Of a stretch of DNA of 64,000 nt, positions 1 to 13,393 are shown one piece after another. Origin of the DNA: Selaginella moellendorffii (lineage: Eukaryota; Plantae; Lycopodiophyta); assembly GCF_000143415.4 (NCBI RefSeq), contig NW_003314329.1, positions 205,421 through 269,420 of the forward strand, in the 5' to 3' direction. Position 1 is the stretch's first letter, and every line of letters begins with the position of its first letter. The notes below the pieces were generated by a model that saw nothing but the letters and a program-made list of their open reading frames with translations, had not been told where the DNA came from and ran no database searches. A program made the position numbers and the translations under genes.

Positions 1-1516
1 ATCAGTTAATTTGTTAACACTTGGAGTAGATTATCGAATGGAGAAGGTGTGTAGTTGACGCATTGACATCACTAGCACTTATGTTAGTGGAAGTGGCATT
101 GTTATTCGAGTGATGAGGAATTTTCCTTAGAGCTTGATTTTTCATGTCATTTTTCTTGTTAGTGTTTTGGCTTCACATTGTATCTTGAAAGTGATTGAAG
201 AAGAGTGTAGTGCAATGTGGATATCCAAAGATATGGTCTTCGTGATCAAGCCTTGGATGTTCCATTTGCATTTTACGGATGTCAGTGTTGGATGTCAAAA
301 GAATGGGCAAAAAGGATGTTAGATGCTTAAGCATATTATGGGACCATGAGAATTTGTGTCGAGGTGAACCTATATGAAATTGTAGGTAGGAGGAAGTTGG
401 TTGAGTCTTGAAACTTTGTATTCCTGGACTGAGAGTCATTCTTTCTCTGGGATGGAAATTTTCCATAAATTTTCTTAGACTTTTCCACTGGCTGATCTGT
501 TGATCACTTTGTTCGAAAACCATTTCGTTTTTGTAAGCCAATACAAACTAGTGAAGGGGGTGGAGTTGACTTCAATTGGCTTAGACCTTAGTAGGTAGTT
601 TGTATAATGCGACCGAAAGGGATGCTAACTTTTGGGGCTAAGGCAATTGAGTTGGATAGAGTCTAGAGTTAGTGTAGAAAAGTGGCCATTGTGCTTTTCT
701 AAGAAGGGTGACCCTTGTGCCTTTCTTCTGTGGTATTATGCTTGGTGGCAGGTTACACCTTGCATTTCGTAAGACTCTATGAGAATAGTGAGCTCTCACT
801 GATCTTGACTTGGTTTTGGTGGCTTTGCACCTTGGCTGAGGATGGTGATGTCCAACTTAGTTGTTTGCAGTTGAGATGTTGATACCTGTATTATAGCTTT
901 GTTTATAAGGAGGTTATATACCGATATGAGTTCATCTCATAGTCTTCACTTTAGTTTTGACTAAGTGTTGATCATGCATAGCTGGCCTCTTCAAGGCATG
1001 CTCAGAGCCATTGGCTAAACGTGTTGGTGAGCTTATCACGGCTGAGTTGGATTCAAGTTGTCTCTTAGTTCGTGCTTGTCCATGAACCTTTATCTCATAC
1101 CTGGGGTATTACGTTCTTGTTGGACAAGTGTGTAACTCGATGGCATGAGTTTAGTGTTGGGTCTTATGAAAGGCAAATTGAAGAGTGATTGTTAGTTGTT
1201 TGGCAACTAGTGATTGCTTGTAGACTTTGTCAAGGACTATTGACACTTGCTTCACTCGATGAAGATTTATCAGTGATGGGTTTACTTTATCGGATGGTGT
1301 TGCTGAGGATCGTGTCGTTTGACTTACATGGGTTTTCCATGTTGATATATTGATTCAACCTCTGTTGATATCATTTTATTGCATTTAGTTCATGGTGTTG
1401 GATTTCATTGAGTTTTGGATGTGGTGAATCACTCCTTGATGAAGTGTTATCTATACCTGAGTATTATTGAAGGATTGGTCTCAGATACTATGTATAGTAT
1501 CTTCGACTTTGGTTAG
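1..1516 (+). mobile_element. Decayed internal region of LTR family C, copy 1 (left part)
   Basis: Collinear with 3676-4989 plus 6765-6972 (e.g. GTTAACACTTGGAGTAGATT at 14 and 3688). No long ORF. Orientation taken from the PBS of copy 2. Confidence 0.75.
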
Positions 1517-2155
1517 TGTGAGACACAAATCCCTAAGCCCCAAAGTGGAGCCGAAAGGGTGCCACGTAGTAGTGGCCGAAGCAAAAGACAAATGAGCATA
1601 ACACGTTTGGACTAAAGGCTCTGACTTGAAAGGTTGAGAGCGGGAGTGGAACTCCCAATGGAGTGCTCAAGGAACGAGCATGAAGCGAGCAATAAGCAAG
1701 GCTTCAAAAAGGGACCCAAAAGGACCAACACATGACATGTGGAAGTGTCCAAGATGGAGTCCGAGATGGACCCGAGTTAGAGTCCGAGATGGAGGCCGAG
1801 ATGGAGTCCGAGATGGACCCGAGATGGAGTCTGAGATGGAGTCCGAGATGGACCCGAGATGGAGTCCGAGATGGAGTCCGAGACGGAGTCCGAGATGGAG
1901 TCCAAGACGGAGTCCGAGATGGAGTCTGAGACGGAGTCCGAGATGGAGTCCAAGATGGATCCGAGATGGAATCCAAGATGGAGTCCGAGAAGGACCCGAG
2001 ATAGAGTTCGAGGTCATGACCAAGACCGGGACTGAGACTGGGACTGAGACTGGGACCGAGACCGAGATTGAGACCGAGATCGAGACTGAGACCGAGACCG
2101 GGACCAGAACTGAGACCGGGACTGAGACCGAGCCCGAGCCCGAGCCCGAGCCCGA
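1517..2155 (+). mobile_element. Family A LTR, 5' part only (truncated)
   Basis: Starts TGTGAGACAC like the other family A LTRs and contains the 12-bp GGAGTCCGAGAT and 6-bp GAGACC arrays. It then switches abruptly to family C LTR sequence at about 2160. Confidence 0.85.
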
Positions 2156-2344
2156 ACGGTGGGAGCTTGGCACCGTTCCTTTGTTCAGTGGCCCAAGGCC
2201 CTGAACCTCGGGTTCCTATGGACACATGGCATGTGACACATGGCATCTGTCACATGGCACAAAAAGGGTTTAGGTTCCGCTTCGTGGTGTTATCCTATAG
2301 TAAATTACCATAGGATAAAGGGTCAAAACCACGTGCGCTACATT

Positions 2345-2355
2345 TGGTATTAGAG
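2345..2355 (+). promoter_or_regulatory. Primer binding site, tRNA-iMet type
   Basis: TGGTATTAGAG 2 nt after the LTR end CA; one mismatch to the canonical TGGTATCAGAG. Confidence 0.7.
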
Positions 2356-4989
2356 AATAAGTCTCAGCGAGTACTATACAATGAGATTAGGCAACTAGTC
2401 TTGTTGCATACGCAGAGATGAAAACGATGATCCGAGTGGGTACACGTTTTGGTGCAAAGGCTTCACAATTGTTCCTTGAGTATGGATTTGGTTACCTTGT
2501 TGTACTGTAATAATGTGAGCTTGCTCTTGGGCTCATAAGATGGATTGAGTGTTCCGTTCACACGAGTTTGTGCTTGGGCTCGTGAGTGAGGCACATTAGC
2601 AACTCGAGGATACGCTTTGAGTTGGCAGGATTAATGTTAGCCTATCGGTCGTTCCATGGGTTGTTCCAATGGTTCCATGAGTTGTTCCATGTACCATAGG
2701 TAAAAGCAAACCTCCCCTGAGTTTGCTATGAGTGGCAAATAGGCTGGTCCATAGCTGTTTAGCACGACACTAGTGGATCCTTCCTAGGCATGATTACAAG
2801 TGGATCAATTAAAACTGTAGGGATTGGTCTATTGGTTCAAGTAGTCATTGCTGTGCTCTCTCATAAACTTCTCTTGGATTGGACTAAAGGCAGTGCGAAA
2901 GCAAGCTTGAGGTGTAGTCAAAGATGAGACCAAAAAGAGAGTCATCAAGGACGAAGGATCAAACACGTAAATCATTTTCTCTTGGAGAGATGATTTGCAA
3001 TGAGGTGTTAACTCATTGCTCATATTCATATTATGCAATCAAGAGTCCCTACCTTGATACATCTTGGAGATGATGGTCTTACAAATGGTGAGTTATGGGA
3101 TGGATAGCGGTGAAGCGCTATACCATTTTGTCTAGGCTTGCTATTGGAAGACTTGGGTTGCAATGCTCAATTCTTTTATGGGGAACCTTGCTATTGCTCC
3201 TTGAGTAGCTTGATGTTGGATTAGTTTTGAGTTTGGTTGGATAGAGAGTGGTATGAGCTTGTCCGTGTTGTGAACAAAAGTTAGTGGTGTTGGGTGTTGT
3301 AAATCTCTGTCAGTAGAGTGTGGCATTTAAGTTGCATTTTGTCGAGTTGAGTTGGCACTTGATATTCATGTAAACCTTTGAAGTAATAACATTGGCATTG
3401 TTCGTGGTGTTGCTCAATTGATGATCAAGTCATTGTGATATTTATATCATATCCATGTGATAATGAGCAATGTGTTTACGAAGTTGCTTGGGTAAATAAT
3501 GATCAACCCCAAAGTGGTTGATAGTGAAGCTAGTCTACTTGCACGAAGTAGCATTGTAGTAGCTTTGACTGGATTCTTGGTGATGGTCTATTATGCTAAG
3601 CTTAAGTTGGTACTTTGTTCCTTGGGTTTGTCCATAAGGTGTTGGAAATGGTTATAGCATTCACTTGCTATGGTTTGTTGGTTTATCTGTTAACACTTGG
3701 AGTAGATTGTTGGATGGAGAAAATGTGTAGTTAAGGCATTAACATCACTAGCACTTGTGTTAGTGGAAGTGGCATTGTTATTTCGAGTGATGAGGAAGTT
3801 TTCCTTAGAGCTTGATTTTCCATGTCAATTTTCTTGTTAGTGTTTTGGTTTCACATTGGATCTTGAAGGTGATTGAAGAAGAGTGTTAGTGCAATGTGGA
3901 TATCCGAAGATGTGGTCTTTATGATCAAGCCTTGGGTGTTCACTTTGCACTTTGCGGATGTCGATGTTGGATGTCGGTTATATGGGCAAAGATGTTCGAT
4001 GCTTAAGCATATTGTTGGATCATGAGAATTTGTGTTGAGGTGAACCTATGTGAAGTTGTTTGTAAGAGGAAGTTGGTTAAGTCTTGAAAGATTGCAATCC
4101 TGGATTGAGAGTTATTCTTTCTCTAGGATGGAAATTTTCCACAAATTTTCTTAGACTTCTCCAATGGCTAATCTGTTGGTCACTTTGCCGAAAACCATTC
4201 TGTTTTCGTAAGCCAATACAAACTAGTGAAGGGGTTGGAGTTGACTTCGGTTAGCTTAGACCTTGGTAGGTAGTTTGTATGATGCGACCCAAAAGGGATG
4301 CTAGCTTTTGAGGCTAAGGCAATTAAGTTGGATAGAGTCTAGAGTTGGTGTAGAAAAGTGGCCGTTGCGCTTTTCTAAGAAGGGTGACCTTTGTGCCTTT
4401 CTTTTGTAGCATTATGCTCGGTGGCAGGTTGCACCTTGCATTTTGTTAAGACTCTATGAGAGTAGTGAGCTCTCACGAATCTTGACTTGGTCTTGGTGGC
4501 CCTGCGCCTTGGCTAAGGATGGTGATGTCCAACTTAGTTGTTTGAGGTTGAGATGTTGGTACCTATATTATAGCTTTGTCTATGAGGAGGTTGTGTACCG
4601 ATATGAGTCCATCTCATGGTCTTCACTTGAGTTTCGACTTAGTGTTGATCATGTATAGCTAGCCTCTTCAAGGCATGCTCTAAGCTAGTGGCTAAATGCA
4701 TTGGTGAGTTTGTCGCGGTTGAGTTGGATTCGAGTGGTCATTTAGTTTGTGTTTGTCCATGAACCTTTATCTCGTGCCTGGGGTATTACGTTCATGTTGG
4801 CCAAGTATATAACTCGATAACACAAGTTTAGTGTTCGGTCTTGTAAAGACAAGTTGACAAGTGGTTGTTAGTTGCTTGGCAACTCGTGATAGCTTGTAGA
4901 CTTTGTCAAGGGATTGTGACACTTGCTTCACTCGATAAAGATTTAGCAGTGATGGGCTTGCTTTACCGGATGGTGTTGCGGAGGATCGT

Positions 4990-6764
4990 TGTGAGACACA
5001 AAATCCCTAGGCCCCAAAGTGGAGCCAGAAGAGCGCCATGTGGTAGTGGCCGAAACGAAAGCCAAACGAGCGTAACACGTTTAGACTAAAAGCTCCGACT
5101 TGAAAGGTCGAGAGCAGGAGTGGAACTCCCAACAAGGTGCTCGAGGAATGAGCACAAAGTGAGCCATAAGCGAGGCTCTAGAAAGGGACCAGAAAGGACC
5201 AACACATGACACGTGGAAGAGTCTGAGATGGAGTCTGAGATGGATCCGAGAAGGAGTCCGAGATGGAGTCTGAGAAGGAGTCCGAGATGGACCCGAGATG
5301 GACCCGAGATGGAGGCCGAGATGGAGTCCGAGATGGATCCGAGATGGAGTCCGAGATGGAGTCCGAGATGGAGTCCGAGATGGATCCGAGATGGAGTCCG
5401 AGATGGATCCGAGATGGAGTCCGAGATGGAGTCCGAGAAGGAGTCCGAGATGGACCAAGACAGAGTCCGAGATGGACCCGAGATGGAGTCCGAGATGGAG
5501 TTCGAGATGGACCAGAGATGGAGTCCGAGATGGAGTCCGAGATGGACTGAGATGAAGTCCGAGATGGACCCGAGATGGAGTCCGAGATGGACCCAAGATG
5601 GAGTCCGAGATGGAGTCCGAGACAGAGCCTGAGTTGGAACCGAGACCGGGACCGAGACCGAGACCGAAACCGAGACCGAGACCGAGTCCGAGTCTGAATC
5701 CGGGAGTGAGACCGAGTCCGAGTCCGAGTTCGAGTCCGAGTCCGAGTCCGAATACTAATACAGGCAGTTGGGTGAAAGCCCAAAGCGATCGTCCCCCAGG
5801 GGGGGGAGGGGCTGCGGGGTTCCAAAAGTATAGTAGGGAGAGTGTGGGGGTTGGAACCCAGTGGAGCCAGTTTGCCCAGGAAAGGCCAGTTTGGCCCAGG
5901 AAGGCCAGACCCAGTGTTGGGTGATGAGCTGACCACTGGGAAGTCCAAGACTAGAGTGAACACGGACCGACAAGCGGGGTAGCTTGGTGAAGTGTTCAAG
6001 AGCCGGCTTTAGTTCCCCCGGGAGATCAACTGGCCGATGCTCCCAGTCCAAGTGTGGGTGGCACTACCTACTTGGATACCAGGCGTGGCTCAATGGAACC
6101 TCGCTCTAAGCGCATGGCTAGAGCACCCAAGGGCGTAAGGCGCGGAGAGTACCCAGGTGGCTCGCGTAATGCCACGGTGTTCCGAAATGTTGTCCCAAAG
6201 GCCCAGACTGTGGAAAGGAAGAGGAGCAGTCCTCTGGGGTAGTGACCAAGGACACAGTCGTGTGGTGAGGAAGGCCCAGAGGACCGTGGGACTTAGTGGT
6301 TGGGCCTGTGGGCCTCGATCTAGTGGCAGTGTTGGCAAACACGACCAGGGGCAGAAAGGGACTTAGTAGGGACTGACAGAGGGATATTGGGGAAGGCTAT
6401 TCCCCTTGTCGGTGGGCATCCTAAGGATGCTAAGGAGTGGATCTGAGATGACCACTCACGGATGGTTTGCCTAGTCTTGGAGAGCCAAGATTGTGATACA
6501 AGTGGTATTGGACTACTAGTGTGGCAAAGGTGATTGGGCATGGCCTTAGCGTAACAGGCTACCATATCAAGGGTACTTTTGAGTGTCGGGCATGGGATCG
6601 GACATGTGGAGAAGTGCAAATGTTGAGTGGCATGGATACCATTCTCGGGGCTAGCAAGTCCCAAGTCCTGAAATGGACTTATGGAGGTTGTGATTGAGAC
6701 TCCTCCAAGTGGTCGGAAGTGTGGTTAAGTGACTAAAGTAGAATGGAAAATTTAGTCGCTTACA
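4990..6764 (+). mobile_element. Solo LTR, family A
   Basis: TGTGAG...CTTACA termini. Exact TSD ATCGT (4985-4989, 6765-6769). The empty site is visible near 1309. Confidence 0.95.
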
Positions 6765-8631
6765 ATCGTGTTGTTAGACTTACATGGGTTTTCCATGTTG
6801 GCCTCTCGACTCTACTTTTATCAATATCATTTGGTTGCATTTAGTTCGTAGTGTTGGATTTCATTGAGTCTTGGATGTGGTGATTCACTCCTTGATGAAA
6901 TGTTATCTATAGTTGAGTATTGTTGAAAACCTAGTCTTAAATATTGACTAAAGTATCTTTGACTTTGGTTAGTTTAGTTGCTAGAGAGTTTTGGGTGGTG
7001 ATTCACTCTTGCTTTCTTCTAGCCTTGTTATGGTGTTGATGGCATTGAAGTGATGCCTTGTCATTGATATTATTGATGTTGAGATTCAAGTGAGATAAGA
7101 TGTCTATCCTCAAGATTGATATTAAGTTTCATTAGTCTTGATAGAGATAGTGTTGATGATTTGGCTATAGCTTTGTGTTATTAGCATTCGTGCATTTGCT
7201 AGTTAGCAACTGTGTTGATGTTCAAATGAATTGAGTGGCAAGTTTGAGTTAGTTGTGTTCTAGACGAGATTATTTAGTAGGGGTTAAGCTTTGGCTTTTC
7301 CTTGAAAAGTGATTCAGTCGTGGACTATGCTAACTCTACAAGCGGAAGAATTAGTGATTGATATTGGAAGGTTTGAATCCTTATTGGATTTGAGTTGGAA
7401 TATATCGATCATTGATGATTCTTCTTGTGCTTGTTATGAAGTGAGTTACGTCTTGCTATAAATGGATTCATGGAGGATCGTTTAATGATCACTTGTTGAG
7501 CATAACTTCGTTATGTTTAACTTTTGGATTAATGTAGATATGCTCTTCATTAGCTTTGGCATTATAAAGTTTAGATTAAGGATGTGTTGAAGAGGATGTT
7601 GTGGGTTGTACCATGATTTCTTCTTTAGCATTGAACTTAGTTCATGCAAGATTTGTGATCATGTTAGGCAAGACTTGGCTATAAGCTTCTTCGAGCTTTT
7701 GGTTCCTTGAGTTTTCGTACTTGTGGTCCATTTGTTAGAAGTTGTTGGGGAAGGCATTTTGGCTCATTAGCTTCGATATTGAAGTTGGCTTTTGCATCTA
7801 ACAATTATTGGTGATAATTGACTATCATCTAAGATAGTTGATTATCCTTGTCGAAAGTGCTGCTTGATTGTTGTTGATATAGGATGAGTTGCCATTCTTC
7901 AGAAAGGTGGCTTCCTTCTTTGACGATGATTATGCATCTCTCTTTTGATGGGATGATTAATGATCTTTCATGATAGTTAGTTGTTCTCTTTGGTGGCTTA
8001 TGGCTTTTCACAATACCACATGTTTTTTGTGGTTTGCTCTGGATTGGTCTCTTGGGTTTGAGATATCAATAGGATGTTGCTGACACTTGCTTGAGCAACT
8101 CTGGTTCCTTGGTATTGTTGACCGGGATCTATTCGGATTGGCTCGTGTGATAGTTGACATGAATGAGTGTTTGTTGGCCATGCAACATTCATTCTATTGT
8201 GTTGATTATTGCTTGAGTTCGCTTTGATAGATTCAGATGTTGTTTCCTTCGGGTGATACATTCGTGAGCATCTTGCTTGCTAATCAATGATATTTTGTGT
8301 TCTTTGAGTTATCTTTAGTAAATTGTTTGGTATACTGTCTGCCATCTTTGGTAGTTAAGTTTCATCATTGAGTTTCCTTGATGATATACTTGCTGTTGAA
8401 ATTTGTTGGATGGTCCATCCTATGTTTCCAAAAATGATGATCTTGGTGGTTTCTATCCTATAATACTAGTTTATCAGATGATAACTTATTTGGAATACTT
8501 TTGTGTTCTCATCTAAGATATCTTCATTGATAATTAAGACTCTAAGATATCATTGTCTATGACTTTGATATTGTCCATCTATTGATCTTTGTGTTTGGGC
8601 CAGTATAGGCAGACTGGCTTTGGCACTTCGT

Positions 8632-9789
8632 TGTAAGGAACCAACTCGCCGAGGTGTCGTAGGCTAAAAGAACCCCGAAAGCATAACCAAAATGACAAAG
8701 AGTTCATCGGATGGGACCAAGTCGAGGATCGAGTCCAAGACCAACTCTAGGACCGAGTTCGAGATAGAGTTTGGAATCGAGTTTGAGACCGACTCGGGGA
8801 CCGAGTTCGAGTCTGAGTTCGAGACCGAGTTCGAGACGGAGTCCGAGATCTGAAATCGGGTCCGAGACCGAGTCTGAGGTCGAGTCCAAGGTCGGGTCCG
8901 AGATCGGGTCTGAGATCGAGTCCGAGATCGAGTCCGATACCGAATCCGAAGTCGGATCCGAAATCGGGTCCGAGATCGAGCCAGAGACTAAGTCCAAATA
9001 CTAATACGGGTCAAGGGGTGAAAGCCCAAAGCGTGCGTCTCCCAGGGGGGGGGGGCTGCAGGGGGTTCCAAAAGTATAGTAGAGATAGTGAGGTCCAGGA
9101 ACCAGTTTAGAAGGGACTCTCCAGTGGAGCTCCCAAACCCGACTTGAGGTTGGGACTGGGACTGAGGGGCCTTGGGTGGGAGTGAGTATGGACTTGGTTG
9201 GTGCTGGAGGGGCCATCCAAGGAAGTGCTCAAGAGCAGCTCCCACTCAAAAAAGGGAAACCGATTGTGGTGCTCCCGGCTCATGTGGAGTGGTGCCCCAC
9301 TTGAGTACCATGCGGCTCATTGGTCCTCGCCCTTCCTAAGGGCTTGGGCCTTCCTTCGGGATGGAAGTGGGGGGGTAGAGGTACCCATACTGGGCCGCTA
9401 GGCCACGGTGTTTCGCCCCGGCATCCCGAAGCAAGTGTTGCACTCAAGACTTGGGATTTAGAGGGTCCCATGATCAAGTCTTGTGGTACCAAGGGATGAT
9501 ACGAACCTGGAAGCTTGGTGTGCTTGGCTGCTTGTGCTTGCGGGGAGTGTAGCCGAACCTTAAGTCCAGTCTAACCCGGGGAGGGGGATTGGGAGAGATT
9601 GGGAATCCTTGGATGGATGGCTAACGCTCCGTTGCTCGTGCAGTGAGTAGCTGAAAGCAAGTAGGACCAAGTAGGAGTTGGTACCATAGGCGAGAACCTT
9701 GGCGAGGTAACTTAGCAAAAGCCAAGGTAGTGTCGGACGGATAGACGAGGTAAGCTAGCAAATTGGAAAGGAAAAATTTGGGGCTTACA
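8632..9789 (+). mobile_element. Solo LTR, family B
   Basis: TGTAAG...CTTACA termini. Exact TSD TTCGT (8627-8631, 9790-9794). Second copy at 52135-53301. Strand set by the core motif shared with family A. Confidence 0.93.
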
Positions 9790-11413
9790 TTCGTGTGCAT
9801 GGGGAAATCTCTAGTCATGGGGTAGCTACTGTAAACTGGTCACATAACCCGCCTCTCTGTTGATGTTCTTTATTCTGTTGAAAGGGCGTGACCGTGTAAA
9901 AAACTCTAACTGCCTGTTTACAGTAGTCTATCTAAACCTTACCGACAGGTTTGGTTTCTTTGCTTAGGAGGGTTGGGGCCTCTGGCTTCTCTCTCTATGT
10001 CTCTGCGGGCAGGGCATATCACACTTTTGTAAGCTGGGTAACACCTAGAGTAGCAAGGGTGGCTAACTCCGTTGGTCATTTCCTTGTCGGCAACGGCCGA
10101 AAGGTGTCTAAGCTGGTAGCGCATCTGCGTTAGACAAAGAGGTTGCCTCCTAACTCATTTAAGTTGATGTATTTCTCACATAGTGTGAATACCGTGAACT
10201 TTTTTTGGAGTTGTTTCCTTGGCGGTATTCTAGACTCGAGTATGCATCGACGAGGACGTCGATCTTCCCTAGGGGGGGAGAGTGTCGCACATGTGACTTC
10301 AGGTATCGAAAGATACTTGTTGGCCAGTCCTTACGGGCACTCTTTCCTTACTGCCATGACAGCAGGAGGTCTGTACTGCTGGTTCCCGTCAATAGCCCCT
10401 CTTGTCCAAGTGTTAGTTTACTGGGCTTAGCATCTGTACTTAGCCAGATGGACATAAGGTAGGAACTCCTATGTGTTTCTAGCTGAGCATTCTCGGCCTG
10501 GCTCTTAGTTCTCTTTTGCTCTGTCTTGCACTGGTTTGGCAAGAACCCTCGCGTATTGAGACTAATCCCTCAATATTGCTGGATGATAGCTTACCGTGTC
10601 TACCAAACACCCTCACTATCACACCCTTTGTGTTGGTCTCATTTCGGTCCCAAATGCTATTTATGGAAGGTGTCCAGATTTGCTCATTTGGCATATCTAC
10701 GGAATGTAGAGATCTTCCTGAACACAATGGTGTTCGTCCCGTGTCCAAATTTGCAATCTAAGGACATTCCATATTTAGTAAGTTTCGAGCTTGTCCTAGA
10801 GACTAACTCCTGATACTAAGGGAGGCTTGGGGTGAAAGCCCAAAGCGTGTGTTCCTCAAAGGGGGGGGGCTGTGGGGGGTTCCAAATGTATAGTAAGGAT
10901 AGTGGGTAGGTCGGGCATGGCCGACCAACTTGAGGCATAGTCTAGCTCCCGCTTGCGTCCCTATCCTTGTTCTACGTCCGGCTTGGGTCTAAGCCCAAGT
11001 TCCATTCCATGCTAGTTGGTGGAGTACCCATATCCTCACGTAAGGCCACCGGTATGCCGAAATAGCGCTAGACTCTGTTTGGCTCTGTTTTGCGTGATAG
11101 TCCTGGCATTGGGATGCTGGTTGCTCCAAGACTGTTCCAAGTCGCTCCGAGCTCCTGTCCCTTTGCTCCTTGGGCTTTATGCTCAGGAGTTGTTCCGTGG
11201 TTCGGTTCCGTCACTCCTTGGCTCCATGCTTGGGAGTTTGGCACCGCTCCTTTGTTCAGTGGCCCAAGGCCCTGAACCTCGGGTTCCTATGGACACGTGG
11301 CATGTGACACGTGGCATCTGTCACATGGCACAAAAAGGGTTTAGGTTCCGCTTCGTGGTGTTATCCTATGGTAAATTACCATCCGATAAAGGGTCAAAAC
11401 CACGTGCGCTACA

Positions 11414-12737
11414 GCTAGTTAGCAACTTTGTTGACGTTAAAATGAACTGAGTGGCAAGTTTGAGTTAGTTGTGTTTTAGACAAGATTATTTAGTAGGGGT
11501 TAAGCTTTGGCTTTTTCTTGAAAAGTGATTTAGTCGTGGATTATGCTAACTCTACAAGCGGAAGAGTTAGTGATCGATATTGGAAAGCTTGAATCTTTAT
11601 TGGGTTTGAGTTGGAATATATCAATCATTGATGATTCTTCTTGTGCTTGTTATGAAGTTGTAAGCAACTAAATTTTCCATTCTACTTTAGTCACTTAACC
11701 ACACCTCCGACCACTTGGAGGAGTCTCAATCACAACCTCCATAAGTCCATTTCAGGACTTGGGACTTGCTAGCCCCGAGAATAGCATCCATGCCACTCAA
11801 CATTTGCACTTGGTCCAAGTGCTCCACATGTCCGATCCCATGACCGACACTCAAAAGTACCACCGACATAGCAGCTTATTACGCTAAGGCCATGCCCAAT
11901 CACCTTTGCCACACTAGTAGTCCAATACCACTTGTATCACAGTCTTGGCTCTCCAAGACTAGGCAAACCATCCATGAGTGGTCATCTCAGATCCACTCCT
12001 TAGCATCCTTAAGATGCCCACCGACAAGGGGAATAGCCTTCCCCAATATCCCTCTGTCAGTCCCCACTAAGTCGCTTTCTGCCCCTGGCCGTGTTTGCCA
12101 ACACTACCATTGGATCGAGGCCCACAGGCCTGACCACTAAGTCCCACAGTCCTCTGGGACTTCCTCACCACACGACTGTGTCCTTGGTCACTACCCCAAA
12201 GGACTGCTCCTCTTCCTTTCCACAGTCTGGGCCTTTGGGACAACATTTCGGAACACCGTGGCCTTACATGAGCCACCTGGGTACTCTCCCCGCCCTCCGC
12301 CCTTGGGTGCTCTAGCCATGCGCTTAGAGCGAGGTTCCGTTGAGCCACGCCTAGTATCCAAGTAGGTAGTGCCACCCACACTTGGACTGGGAGCATCGGC
12401 TAATTGATCTCCCGGGGGAACTAGAGCCGGCTGTTGAACACTTCACCAAGCTACCCCGCTTGTCGGTCCGTGTTCACTCTAGTCTTGGACTTCCCAGTGG
12501 TCAGCTCATCACCCAACACTGGGTCTGGCCTTCCTGGGCCAAACTGGCCTTTCCTGGCTAAACTGGCTCCATTGGGCTCCAACCCCCACACTCTCCCTAC
12601 TATACTTTTGGAACCCCCCGCAGCCCCCCCCCCCCCCCCACCCTAGGGGACGATCGCTTTGGGCTTTCACCCAACTGCATGTATTAGTATTCAGACTCGG
12701 ACTCGGACTCGGTCTCGGTCCCGGATTCGGACTCGAA

Positions 12738-12768
<31 letters not shown>

Positions 12769-13393
12769 CCGGTCTCGGTTCCATCTCAGACTCCATCTCG
12801 GACTCCATCTCGGGTCCATCTCGGACTCCATCTCGGACTCCATATCGGACTCCACTTCGGGTCCATCTCGGACTCCATATCGGACTCCATCTCGGACTCC
12901 ACTTCGGACTCCATATCGGACTCCATATCGGACTCCACTTTGGGTCCATCTCGAACTCCACTTCGGGTCCATCTCGGACTCCAACTCTGGTCTGCCTCGG
13001 ACTCCATCTCGGACACTTCCACGTGTCATGTGTTGGTCTTTTTTGGGTCCCTTTTTGGAGTCTTGCTTATTGGTTGCCTCGTGCTTGCTCCTCGAGCACT
13101 TTGTTGGGAGTTCCACTCCCGCTCTCGACCTTCCAAGTTAGAGCTTTTAGTCCAAACGTGTTATGCTCGTTTGGCTTTCGCTTCGGCCACTACCACGTGG
13201 CACCCTTTCCGGCTCCACTTTGGGGCCTAGGGATTTTGTGTCTCACAGAAGTGAGTTACGTCTTGCTATAGATGGATTCGTGGAGGATCGTTTAGTGATC
13301 ACTTGTTGAGCATGGCTTTGTTTTCTTAGCTTTTGGATTGATGTAGACATGCTCTTCATTAGCTTTGGCATTATGAAATCTAGCTTATGGATG
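11414..13393 (+). mobile_element. Family C internal region, copy 1 (right part), interrupted by a solo LTR
   Basis: Collinear with 7197-7585 once the insertion at 11659-13247 is removed. Confidence 0.75.
11659..13247 (-). mobile_element. Solo LTR, family A
   Basis: TGTAAG...CTCACA on the + strand. Exact TSD GAAGT (11654-11658, 13248-13252). Empty site TATGAAGTGAG near 7435. Confidence 0.95.

Larger units (their letters stand above)
2160..11413 (+). mobile_element. Non-autonomous or decayed LTR retrotransposon, family C copy 2 (5' LTR remnant 2160-2342, 3' LTR 9830-11413)
   Basis: 2160-2342 matches 11231-11413 and both end CGTGCGCTACA. A PBS follows the first copy. The 3' LTR is TGTAAAC...CTACA. 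The internal region has no intact ORF and hosts two solo LTRs. Confidence 0.8.

Noticed and set aside
5216-5620. Regular repeat arrays as a possible CRISPR
   Set aside because: The units are contiguous 11-12-bp repeats with no unique spacers, in a eukaryotic LTR.
9825-11418. Family C LTR as a solo LTR with TSD GCTAC/GCTAG
   Set aside because: The match is imperfect and the flanks are not contiguous host sequence. It is better explained as the 3' LTR of the element starting at 2160.
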